A stretch of DNA of 45,100 bases, from positions 1 to 45,100 of the forward strand of contig JBDHWW010000024.1 in NCBI GenBank assembly GCA_039810425.1, written 5' to 3'. The notes beneath the pieces were generated by a model. It ran no database searches. It was not told where the DNA came from and saw only the letters and a list, made by a program, of their open reading frames with translations. Below are positions 1 to 8,161 of this stretch, one piece after another. The translations under genes and the position numbers were made by a program. This DNA comes from Pseudobdellovibrionaceae bacterium (GTDB lineage Bacteria; Bdellovibrionota; Bdellovibrionia; Bdellovibrionales; Bdellovibrionaceae). The number at the start of each line of letters is the position of its first letter. Position 1 is the stretch's first letter.

Positions 1-315
1 ATAAAGTCCCATGCTAAGAGGTATGGGATTCAACTTTATGAGGTTTCACTGAACTGGTCGCATATTCATTTGTTGGTGAAACTTCCCTCGCGGGACGCTT
101 ATTTGGCTTTTATCAGAACCCTGACTTCTTTACTGGTGAGTCTATTATCAAAGCTTAAAGGGAGGTCCCTCAAGGGCCTTTTTGATCTTCGCCCTTTTAC
201 TAAGATTTTATCTTGGGGGAGGCAGTTTCGGGCCGTGATCGCCTATCATGAACTCAATGATTTAGAGGGGCGCGGGCTTCTGGTGAGAAAGAAGAAAACG
301 AAACGCCCGGGATAG
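1..315 (+). CDS. HUH/Y1 tyrosine transposase-like protein (IS200/RAYT superfamily), 5'-truncated by the window edge
   Basis: Frame +1 is open from base 1: IKSHAKRYGIQLYEVSLNWSHIHLLVK...RPFTKILSWGRQFRAVIAYHELN. It has the HUH motif (HIH) after a 'YEVSLNW' strand and a C-terminal YxxxN helix typical of Y1 transposases. The ORF track starts at 70 and misses the HUH motif. Confidence 0.75.
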   Translation: MKSHAKRYGIQLYEVSLNWSHIHLLVKLPSRDAYLAFIRTLTSLLVSLLSKLKGRSLKGLFDLRPFTKILSWGRQFRAVIAYHELNDLEGRGLLVRKKKTKRPG

Positions 316-1128
316 TCATAGCTGTGAGGCCTTCCCCGATGCCGGAGCCTTTTTCCCGAGAGGGAGGATGCTTTCGCGGTAGTTCTCACATGCAAGAATT
401 TCTTCCTCGGTGAAGCCCGCTTTCCGGCGAAGATCGCGATTGATCTTCTCCATACGCTTTGGAAGTTTCTTCCGGAGCGCATTCAACCGCTCTGGAAAAT
501 CTTTGGCAGGATCCACCTTTTCAAGGTCACAAATTTTTCGATACCACTGGGAACCAAAATCCACATGACCGATTTCTTCAAAATTAATCTGCCCGACGAT
601 TTTCCGAGTGAGCTTTCCGTCGTCCACGCCATCAAGACGCTGAATCAAATAACTGCCGGCATCAAGACCGCTCCCCTCGAGATAACGGTGAACAATCAAA
701 ATACGGTCCAAAAGCGCATCTTCGGCGCTCACCGCATCCCAAAGGGCACAGTGAACGGGCCAGTCTCCCCATTTGAACCCAAGATCTTGGATCCCCTCAA
801 GGCAAAGACGCAAGTGGGTGCCTTCCGAAACCGTGACCGCCATCAACTCTTCGCGAAACGCCTGTGGTGCATCCGGGAACTCGACAAGGGTTCGAACACC
901 TAACTCCATGGCCTGAAGTTCGATACTTGCCAAATCGTGGAGCATCCGCGCCTGCCCCTCGAGCTTTGAAAAGCCCAGTTTAGGCGGGTGTAATTTAGAA
1001 TCCAGGACCTGGATGTCGCGTGCGGGATAGAGCGGGACGGCAAAAGTCCCGCCTTGAACCAGGTGCTCACAGGAGTTTTGAATATTTTTAATCTTTTCCC
1101 AAACATCAGGAGTTTCCAAAGTGAACAT
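316..1128 (-). CDS. DUF455 family ferritin-like di-iron protein
   Basis: LHDLASIELQAMEL, E-GTH, LEGSGLDA and EEIGHVDFG-QWY match the DUF455 ferritin-like ligand pattern. Confidence 0.8.
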   Translation of the reverse strand: MFTLETPDVWEKIKNIQNSCEHLVQGGTFAVPLYPARDIQVLDSKLHPPKLGFSKLEGQARMLHDLASIELQAMELGVRTLVEFPDAPQAFREELMAVTVSEGTHLRLCLEGIQDLGFKWGDWPVHCALWDAVSAEDALLDRILIVHRYLEGSGLDAGSYLIQRLDGVDDGKLTRKIVGQINFEEIGHVDFGSQWYRKICDLEKVDPAKDFPERLNALRKKLPKRMEKINRDLRRKAGFTEEEILACENYRESILPLGKKAPASGKASQL

Positions 1129-1134
1129 AGGTGT

Positions 1135-1185
1135 CTTTTACATCCCGCGGCCTCTCTTGCCAAATATTTCTGAATTTGATCTTAT
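1135..1185. promoter_or_regulatory. Divergent sigma70-type promoters with overlapping -35 boxes (DUF455 / yebC)
   Basis: Plus strand: TTGCCA (1157-1162)-17 nt-TCTTAT (1180-1185)-6 nt-ATG. Minus strand: TTGGCA (1163-1158)-17 nt-TAAAAG (1140-1135)-6 nt-ATG. Both -10 boxes are non-consensus. Confidence 0.5.
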
Positions 1186-1191
1186 AAACCC

Positions 1192-1890
1192 ATGGGAAAA
1201 TCATGGAAAAATGCCGGAAAAGTAGAAAGGGCCATGCAAAAAGGCCAAATATTCACCAAACTTGCGCGCGAGATTGCAGTCTCCGCTAAAGCTGGTGGCC
1301 CTGACCCCGCGGCCAATTCCCGTCTGCGCATGGCGATTGATGCCGCGAAAAAGGCCTCTTGCCCGACGGATACAATTGACCGTGCGATTAAAAAAGGCGC
1401 GGGTCTCTTGGACGACGGTAAAATCATCGAAGAGATGGTCTTTGAAGGCTATGGCCCCCATGGCGTCGGAGTGATCGTCGAATGCCAAACAGATAACAAA
1501 AACCGTACAGCCTCAGAAGTTCGCCACGCTTTTAAAACCCATGAAGGCAATATGGGCGAATCCGGCTCGGTGGCCTGGATGTTTGAACACGTCGGTTACA
1601 TCGTGGCTACCAAAGCCGGCACTTTTGATCCAGACGAAGAAGCGATCGAAGCCGGCGCCAATGAGGTTTACAAAGACGGCGACGCTTATGACTTCTACAC
1701 AGGCGCCTCGGACCTGGCCTCTGTCAGCGAAGCGTTGGCAAAACGGGGCTGGAAAGTAACGACCGCAGAACTTTCTTATAAAGCAAAAAATCCCGCGGAA
1801 CTCAACGATGCCCAGAAGAAAGACGTCGAAGACTTCTTAAACTTCCTCGACGACATGGATGACTCACACCGAGTCCACGCCACTCTCTAG
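1192..1890 (+). CDS. yebC: YebC/PmpR family protein
   Basis: KGQIFTKLAREI, GGPDPAANSRLR, IDRAIKKG, EGYGPHGVGVIVECQTDNKNRT and GSVAWMF are YebC signatures. Confidence 0.95.
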   Translation: MGKSWKNAGKVERAMQKGQIFTKLAREIAVSAKAGGPDPAANSRLRMAIDAAKKASCPTDTIDRAIKKGAGLLDDGKIIEEMVFEGYGPHGVGVIVECQTDNKNRTASEVRHAFKTHEGNMGESGSVAWMFEHVGYIVATKAGTFDPDEEAIEAGANEVYKDGDAYDFYTGASDLASVSEALAKRGWKVTTAELSYKAKNPAELNDAQKKDVEDFLNFLDDMDDSHRVHATL

Positions 1891-1912
1891 TCTAGACAGT
1901 TTTTGCAGAGAT

Positions 1913-1947
1913 TAAAAAAATAAAAACCCAGGCTTTTACGGCCTGGG
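1913..1947 (-). terminator. Rho-independent terminator between convergent yebC and protease genes
   Basis: CCCAGGC (1927-1933) / GCCTGGG (1941-1947) stem, preceded on the plus strand by A-runs, which form the U-tail for the minus-strand gene. Confidence 0.7.
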
Positions 1948-1976
1948 CTTCTGAGGCGGTATCGGATCGGAAACCA

Positions 1977-2843
1977 TTAGTGCTTTTTCAAGGCTTCAGA
2001 GATGTAAGAAATGTTCGTCACATCCTCGCCACGGCAGCCATCATCTGGACAGCGGTTGGTCACGGAGCATTTATTAATGCGGTCATAGACGAAGTCGCTT
2101 TCACCACGAACCAAAATCCCGACAACTTGCAGAGTGTTTTGATCAAGGACCGCAGAACCAGAGTTACCACCGTAAGTGTCTAAGTTGGCAGTAAAGAACT
2201 CAGGCTTTGTGCTGCGAACAACCCCATTATCGGTGATTTTTGTTGGAATGCCCGACGGATGGCCGATTGTGACAACAGTGTCACCCACAGCCACCGGGTC
2301 TTTTGCTAAAGTCAAAATGCGATGGCCGCGCACGGGACGGTCCAACTTTACCAGCGCGTAATCCTGCTCACCCGTTTGCTCTCTTTCAAGAACCGCTTGG
2401 CAGTGGTAAATTTCAGAACTGCTCACGCTGTTTGGAGCTTCCCCCGTTTGAGACATCCTATACGCAAAGACAAAACTGCTCTGGGGACAGCGAGCAATGT
2501 CGATGCAGTGACCCGCGGTCGCAATCATATCATCACCCACCAGGAACGCCGAGCAGAATGCGCCTGAAGGCTGAGAGGCAAAACGCTCTGTACTGCAAAG
2601 ACCCGCCATCTTTTGAAAGGTTTCAGATCTGATGTCCGTTGTACCGTCACTTTTCGGCGTAAGGCTTGAACTACGAACCACCGCCGCCGTGCTGTCGGCC
2701 ACTTCACGCAGATCGGAACGACGGACCTGGAAAAACTCCTGGCGATTGTCATCACCATAAACAACTTTATTTTGAATTTTAGCGATGGCGATGGGAGACA
2801 GGAAATAACAAAGGGCGATTACGAGAATTGTTTTGACCACCAA
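1977..2843 (-). CDS. Secreted trypsin-like (S1, V8-type) serine protease
   Basis: Signal peptide and catalytic triad motifs TAGHC, DYALV and GNSGSAV. GGAGG at 2850-2846 suggests GTG 2840 may be the true start. Confidence 0.9.
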   Translation of the reverse strand: MVVKTILVIALCYFLSPIAIAKIQNKVVYGDDNRQEFFQVRRSDLREVADSTAAVVRSSSLTPKSDGTTDIRSETFQKMAGLCSTERFASQPSGAFCSAFLVGDDMIATAGHCIDIARCPQSSFVFAYRMSQTGEAPNSVSSSEIYHCQAVLEREQTGEQDYALVKLDRPVRGHRILTLAKDPVAVGDTVVTIGHPSGIPTKITDNGVVRSTKPEFFTANLDTYGGNSGSAVLDQNTLQVVGILVRGESDFVYDRINKCSVTNRCPDDGCRGEDVTNISYISEALKKH

Positions 2844-2923
2844 ACCCTCCTGGTTTCTTCGAAGAAAGATGCTTCATGCATCTTTCTTCATTCTGAAAAC
2901 AGAACTGTTCGAGGTCAAAAAAT

Positions 2924-3367
2924 TTAGGTCTTAGTTTGTGAATTCAAGACGTAAGCAAAGGCCGTTGCATAGAGGCGAATTTGCTTGAGCATTGAGTGCA
3001 AACCATTTGCTCTGCTCGGAGAAAGATTGCCTTCAAAGCCCAGCGCGCGCAAAAACTCCGGAGGTGTTTGCAAAATCTCGTTCGGATTGGCCCCCGAATA
3101 AACCCTCAAAAGCAACGCCACAAGTCCCTTCACAATCATCGCGTCACTATCGCCTTGAAGAACCACCTCTCCCTGCGAAGAGAGCTGCGCATGCAGCCAG
3201 ACCTGAGACTGGCAACCCTTCACTTGATTCTCTGCAGTTTTCAACTCTGGCGGCATCTCAGGCAGTTGCTTACCCATGTCGATGATTTTCTTATAGCGCT
3301 CTTCCCAGTCTTTAAGACCTTGAAACTCGCGGATAATTTGATTTTGGCGATCAGCAACTATGGACAT
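2924..3367 (-). CDS. sufE: SufE family sulfur-transfer protein
   Basis: DWEERYKKII, VKGCQSQVW (acceptor Cys), DSDAMIVKGL and LSPSRANGL. Confidence 0.93.
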   Translation of the reverse strand: MSIVADRQNQIIREFQGLKDWEERYKKIIDMGKQLPEMPPELKTAENQVKGCQSQVWLHAQLSSQGEVVLQGDSDAMIVKGLVALLLRVYSGANPNEILQTPPEFLRALGFEGNLSPSRANGLHSMLKQIRLYATAFAYVLNSQTKT

Positions 3368-4173
3368 ATTTTATCAAATGCTTTCCGTAAACGGCTCTCG
3401 AGTTGTTGACCAGGCTCACCTAGCAACTCTTTGAAAGACTTTCTATCCAATTCCCTGGCAATCAGGAAGCATTTTCGAAAAAAAACCTCTTGATCATCGT
3501 AGTAACCATTCCAGAGGCCACGAGCTTTCTTTTCAAGCATGCGGCGACTCCTCAGTTCGGTTTTGGTCGCCTCTTGCCTATTCAAATACCCCAAAAGATC
3601 ACTGATTTGCCTTGGCGAGAAATCAAGCATCACGAGCGCTTCTTCCATCACCGCCATCTCGACGTAGGTAAGGTAATTTGCAAGCTCATTCCAGTACTGA
3701 ATCCCCGCCTGCCCAAAAGAGCTTTTACAATAGAAACTTGTGCACACAGCCCCACGATGGCGCCAAATTCCACAATTTTGTTTTTCACGATTGAAATACG
3801 GACAAAGCCAGTCCTCACGCCGGCCGAATTCGTTTTTCTTTCGGTGATTAAACGGCACCTGATAGCTTGGTGGAGCCACCAGGCCAATAGGCAAAACGTA
3901 CTCGCGGTTTTTGATCTTGCCACGGATGCTTTCAACGACACCCGGAGCCGCCCCGGACTCGTCACTCAGAATTGCCCCGACCACATAGTTTGGTAAAAAT
4001 GGATAAAAGGTGCAACACTTGAGGTCTGGTTCATAAAAAATCTCGCCCGAGTTTTTCGGCCGGGCCATAATGCAGCTATCGCAGGTCGCTTTGGTTTCTT
4101 GAGGATCCATCTGCAAGAGATCTTTGGGTAAAAGACCTTCATAGAGACGAGGAACTTGATATTTAATTTTCAT
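3358..4173 (-). CDS. Cysteine-cluster protein, YkgJ/CxxCxxCC-like (putative Zn or Fe-S binding)
   Basis: TCDSC...KCCTF...LCPYF...NCGIWRHRGAVCTSFYC pattern; overlaps both neighbours as in an operon. Confidence 0.65.
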   Translation of the reverse strand: MKIKYQVPRLYEGLLPKDLLQMDPQETKATCDSCIMARPKNSGEIFYEPDLKCCTFYPFLPNYVVGAILSDESGAAPGVVESIRGKIKNREYVLPIGLVAPPSYQVPFNHRKKNEFGRREDWLCPYFNREKQNCGIWRHRGAVCTSFYCKSSFGQAGIQYWNELANYLTYVEMAVMEEALVMLDFSPRQISDLLGYLNRQEATKTELRSRRMLEKKARGLWNGYYDDQEVFFRKCFLIARELDRKSFKELLGEPGQQLESRLRKAFDKICP

Positions 4174-5071
4174 TTCGCTGTGAATATCCCGCCGGAGGCG
4201 CTTGCTTATGGCAGCGGTTCATCAAATGTTCGCGGAGCGGAACCAGGACTTTAAAATCCCCTTCCGTCGTCCAACGCCATTGAAAATCGGCACAGTTCAC
4301 AAAGGCTGGAATTGCATAGACATCCGCTCTTGGAGCCTCAGGGTCTTCGGCGATCACGCGGTCCACCATCGTGGTGACGAACTTCAAGGACTCAACGGGA
4401 TCCGTGAGCTGATGAATCTGCCAATCCACCACCAACTCCGCCGCAGTCACATATCCAGTTTGTTCCGGAAAAAGCGCCATGCCAAGCTCTGAAGACGAGG
4501 AGGTCGAGTAAACAAGATGCAGGTACTGATAGAATTGAATATTTTGAAACTCTTTGGCGATGGCCTGAAAAACCTGTGGATCCGGACCGCCGTTGTGGCC
4601 GATCAAGATCACCCTTTTCACGGTGCTTCGACGTATGATTTCTCGTAGCACGCCTTCACGGGTTTCCGCAGTGCTGTCGATGGCATATGACTGAAACTCT
4701 CCGCGCGGGAAACCGTTCTCAACAACAAACTGGCGCTCGACTTTTCCAGCCACCAATTCCGGTGGACGAGTTAAATAAACGAATTGGAAACCCGGATTGT
4801 TGCGCGCGAGAATTTGTAACGCCGACACCATTCCCATGAAACGTTTTTGGGTGTTGGTATTATAGTTGAGCGAATCCCAAAAATTTTGAATGTGCGCAAT
4901 CTTCAAAGTGTCTTCGACATTGATGACCACAAGTCCTTGCCGACCTTCGATCAAAACGCCGTCACGGAAAATGCCCTGGACCTCTCCGTACGGACGGGAG
5001 AACGAACCACTCATCATGGCCTGGGCGGTAAGACCCAAGATAAGTCCTAGGAAAGATACAAGAAACTTCAT
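4163..5071 (-). CDS. Secreted App1/DUF2183 (HAD-like phosphatidate phosphatase) homologue with degenerate motifs
   Basis: Start placed at ATG 5071 (SD AAGGGG; MKFLVS signal peptide). VVINVEDTLKIAHI, FVYLT, NGFPRG and ILIGHNGGPDPQVFQAIAKEF parallel the App1 DIDDTIK / FYVS / GFPxG / LIGDSGxxDPEIY motifs. Confidence 0.55.
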   Translation of the reverse strand: MKFLVSFLGLILGLTAQAMMSGSFSRPYGEVQGIFRDGVLIEGRQGLVVINVEDTLKIAHIQNFWDSLNYNTNTQKRFMGMVSALQILARNNPGFQFVYLTRPPELVAGKVERQFVVENGFPRGEFQSYAIDSTAETREGVLREIIRRSTVKRVILIGHNGGPDPQVFQAIAKEFQNIQFYQYLHLVYSTSSSSELGMALFPEQTGYVTAAELVVDWQIHQLTDPVESLKFVTTMVDRVIAEDPEAPRADVYAIPAFVNCADFQWRWTTEGDFKVLVPLREHLMNRCHKQAPPAGYSQRNEN

Positions 5072-5181
5072 GGTGCCCCTTATGACCATAGCTTAAACAA
5101 TCGAGGCACCAAAAGTGTCACTTTCACAGGGCTCTTGGCAACAAGAATCGCATCTCAAATTGATATATTTTTCATGTGTAT

Positions 5182-5242
5182 TTTCAATATGTTACAACGC
5201 ATACCTGAAGGTCATTTGGGATGTTTAGGCCTCGAGGTTGCA
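5182..5242 (+). promoter_or_regulatory. Putative sigma54 -24/-12 promoter with upstream IHF-like site
   Basis: GG (5228-5229)-N10-GC (5240-5241) in TAGGCCTCGAGGTTGCA. TTTCAATATGTTA (5182-5194) is one mismatch from WATCAANNNNTTR. Confidence 0.45.
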
Positions 5243-5282
5243 ATGAAAGGGGTTATGGATGCCGCTGCATCTTGGAGGCTTT

Positions 5283-5549
5283 ATGAAAAAGACCCTTTTA
5301 ATGACTCTTTTGTTAGCGATTTCATCGACAAGCTTTGGCTGGATTGAAAAGGCTCCGCAACAAAAAGCCTATGACTTCAAGTTTAAGTTGAAGTCTGACA
5401 CCTTTACATACACTCGGCAGGCGGCAAGCTATGAAGAGGCTTACGAGTCAGCTGCACAGGCTTGCTTCAAACACTACAAGGGAGGCCGCCATGTCAGCGA
5501 GGACGAAGGGCTGGACATCATTGATGTTTGTGCGAATCCACGCTCTTAG
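5283..5549 (+). CDS. Small secreted hypothetical protein (88 aa, two Cys)
   Basis: GGAGG at 5274-5278 then ATG 5283; MKKTLLMTLLLAISSTSFG signal peptide. Confidence 0.75.
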   Translation: MKKTLLMTLLLAISSTSFGWIEKAPQQKAYDFKFKLKSDTFTYTRQAASYEEAYESAAQACFKHYKGGRHVSEDEGLDIIDVCANPRS

Positions 5550-5641
5550 TGCGTTGCGTGTATTTTTTGTAAAAATTGATTCTTTAAAGCCCCGCTTTGA
5601 TTTATAAAAATAGAATCAACTTCAACTGAGCGGGGTGGCAA

Positions 5642-5839
5642 ATGGGCAAAGTATTAGATTTTCTTTTTGGTAAAGATCCCGATATCTTTGATGAAAAAGG
5701 CAACGTCAGCCACAAGCTTCCAAAGAAAAAGTGGGACGCCTGGTACAACAGAACAAAAACGGACCCTCAATATAATTGGCGCAACCACACAGGTGTTGCC
5801 GGTGGCGCGGGCTCCAACAAGAAAAAGCCTCAAAATTAG
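5642..5839 (+). CDS. Small hypothetical protein (65 aa)
   Basis: SD-like GGGGTGG upstream, protein-like composition, fills the gap before the convergent glnD. Confidence 0.65.
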   Translation: MGKVLDFLFGKDPDIFDEKGNVSHKLPKKKWDAWYNRTKTDPQYNWRNHTGVAGGAGSNKKKPQN

Positions 5840-5844
5840 TTATC

Positions 5845-8151
5845 TCACCCAAGTACGTCTAGCTGATGCCTGATGTCAGCCAGACGGCTCTCGGCATTTC
5901 CACCGGGATTTTTCAAAATGAATATATCATTCACTTGATGACCCCACGTATGAACACGGGCGGACTTAATATTAAACCCCGTCGCCGCCAACGCCTTGGT
6001 CGCCGAACTTAAAAAGCCCGCCTGATCTTTTCCTTTAAAGCTAAGAATCCACTCCTCATCATCCAACGACACCCACTCCACGTGGTCGTAGATGACTTTC
6101 GGGATTTCTTTGTGACCTTGGGAGTGCCTTAACATCTTCTCGATCACCTGCGGGGATTTTGAAGTATTTATCTGGAACCAGTCATAAACTCCCACGCCGC
6201 TGAGGGTTTGAATCGAGGCGTGACGAATGCCAAGGCCCAGCGAATACAGTCTTTGCACATACTCCGCTAAAAGGCCCTCTTGGTCGACTTTTGCATGAAA
6301 ACGCACCCAAAGTTCTTTGCCTTTTTTAACCACGATCGGAGCCAGTGCTTCCCCCGCCTGACGGGCCTCCTTTAAGTCCTCCGCGAGCACAGGGGCCGAC
6401 AGGCTTTGCAAAAGAAACTCATCAAAATCATGAAGGACGTCTTCAAGGCCTTTGAATTTCTTTTTCTGTAACGTGGCCTTCAGCGTAAAATAACTCTGCG
6501 TACTTGGCGCATTCATGGCCTCCACGAGATCCCGCAGCAATCGGCCCTTCCATTCATTCCAGGCTTCGGGATTCGTTGCGCAGATATCCAAAACCGTAAA
6601 GACCGCCAGACGCATCAGACGTGATCCTTTAGCGCCGATTTTTTCAAGCCCTTCCCAGGTCCCCTTCGCTTTGGGATTTTTGCGAAAAGCGGCGATCGAA
6701 AGTTCCAAGTGATTCTTCACAAGCCACGCGACTTCTTCAGTGAAACCCTTTGTGAAACCGTACTTTTTAAAATCACGGCGAAGAATCTCAACCCCGACCG
6801 CGGAGTGATCTTCAGAGTGAAGTCCTTTTGCCAGATCATGGTACAAAGCAGACCAGGAAAGAATCTTCCAATCTTCCGCCGTCAGGTTTTTATGAAAAAC
6901 ACGGAGGGGCCCCAGCGCTTTCGGATTCTTATAAACTTCCTTGAGAACAAGGCAGGCCTGCATGATATGCACATCCGCCGTATAACGATGGTACTGATCG
7001 TGCTGAACATAACCGACAAGATGACGAATCGCCGGCAGAACTTTATCAATCAATCGCGATTCAAAAACGCTGACTACAAATTCTTTAGAAGCCTTTGGGT
7101 CGAGCATCTCTTGCAGAGTTTTACTAAAGGCGCGCGCATTTTTTTCGACCGCTTTTTCTGGGAGGAGGCGATCGAGATTCTCGCGTACTTTTTGCTGGCC
7201 GAGTGGATTGGGATAGCTTCTCAGCGCGCTCACAAGGTCCCCCGGATTTGCAAATGGCAGCGCCCGGGTTTTATCCAGGGCCTTCTGAGGACTCGCCGCC
7301 ACGGCAAAGATCCAGTTCACATAGAAATGACTGCGTGAAAGTCCGCGTTCCAGATCGCGCATGAAATCCTTATGGCTCTTAAAATTAAAAAAACCCGCAA
7401 GGTCAAATTGAGCCGTGTTAACCAGAACTTCCCCGCAACCCATCAAGTGAAGCTTCTGGCGAAGAGTCAACAAGTACGCTTTATGATAATTGAGCACACT
7501 GAGCGCATGACCGGGATTTTGAAATTTATCCGAATAGAGATCGTAAACCTGTTGAGCTTGCTCAATGTCACGAAGCCCCCCCGGACCATACTTCAAGTTG
7601 GGCTCGAGATAATTTGAAATTGAATTAAACCGCGATTCCCGTTGCTTCCGCTCTTTAAGCAGATCTTTAAGTAATTTTCCCCGGAGCTTGGTTTTATTTT
7701 CCCAAAGGCGCTTCTGCTGCATGAGCAGTTTCGATGCCGAAGCGGAACTGAGCGGCTTGGCTTTCCAAAGACTGAGGATATCAAAACTCTCAACCCCCTC
7801 CGTCCAGTCGCTGGGGTTTTGTGGAACACGGTAACGGATTCTTAAGCCTGCTTGATGAAGCTCGTCCGTCAGGTGTTTCACTTTGTCTTCAGGACCGCAA
7901 AACAAGATATCGATGTCTGACAGGGGACAAAGTTCGCCGCGGGACCAGGACCCCAGAATCACCGGCTCACACTCCGCAAAGCTTCGGAAAGATTTTAACT
8001 TTTCTTCCAATTGAGAACTTAGCCAGCCCGCAAACTGAGGGCCACCAAAATAGCCGGTAAACCGCACATCCCCGTTCGGGGTCCAGAACACCGGAGGAAA
8101 GACTTCTTTGGCAATTTCCCATTGTTCCGGACTCAGAAAGGTTTTACTCAT
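5845..8151 (-). CDS. glnD: [Protein-PII] uridylyltransferase / uridylyl-removing enzyme
   Basis: NTase motif GSWSRGELCPLSDIDIL, EPNLKYGPGGLRDI, HD domain (QHDQYHRYTADVH, LYHDLAKG), two C-terminal ACT-like domains. Confidence 0.88.
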   Translation of the reverse strand: MSKTFLSPEQWEIAKEVFPPVFWTPNGDVRFTGYFGGPQFAGWLSSQLEEKLKSFRSFAECEPVILGSWSRGELCPLSDIDILFCGPEDKVKHLTDELHQAGLRIRYRVPQNPSDWTEGVESFDILSLWKAKPLSSASASKLLMQQKRLWENKTKLRGKLLKDLLKERKQRESRFNSISNYLEPNLKYGPGGLRDIEQAQQVYDLYSDKFQNPGHALSVLNYHKAYLLTLRQKLHLMGCGEVLVNTAQFDLAGFFNFKSHKDFMRDLERGLSRSHFYVNWIFAVAASPQKALDKTRALPFANPGDLVSALRSYPNPLGQQKVRENLDRLLPEKAVEKNARAFSKTLQEMLDPKASKEFVVSVFESRLIDKVLPAIRHLVGYVQHDQYHRYTADVHIMQACLVLKEVYKNPKALGPLRVFHKNLTAEDWKILSWSALYHDLAKGLHSEDHSAVGVEILRRDFKKYGFTKGFTEEVAWLVKNHLELSIAAFRKNPKAKGTWEGLEKIGAKGSRLMRLAVFTVLDICATNPEAWNEWKGRLLRDLVEAMNAPSTQSYFTLKATLQKKKFKGLEDVLHDFDEFLLQSLSAPVLAEDLKEARQAGEALAPIVVKKGKELWVRFHAKVDQEGLLAEYVQRLYSLGLGIRHASIQTLSGVGVYDWFQINTSKSPQVIEKMLRHSQGHKEIPKVIYDHVEWVSLDDEEWILSFKGKDQAGFLSSATKALAATGFNIKSARVHTWGHQVNDIFILKNPGGNAESRLADIRHQLDVLG

Positions 8152-8161
8152 TCGGTTTCCT

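Noticed and set aside
5135..5152. Second sigma54-like site TTGGCAACAAGAATCGC
   Set aside because: GG-to-GC spacing is 11 nt rather than the required 10.
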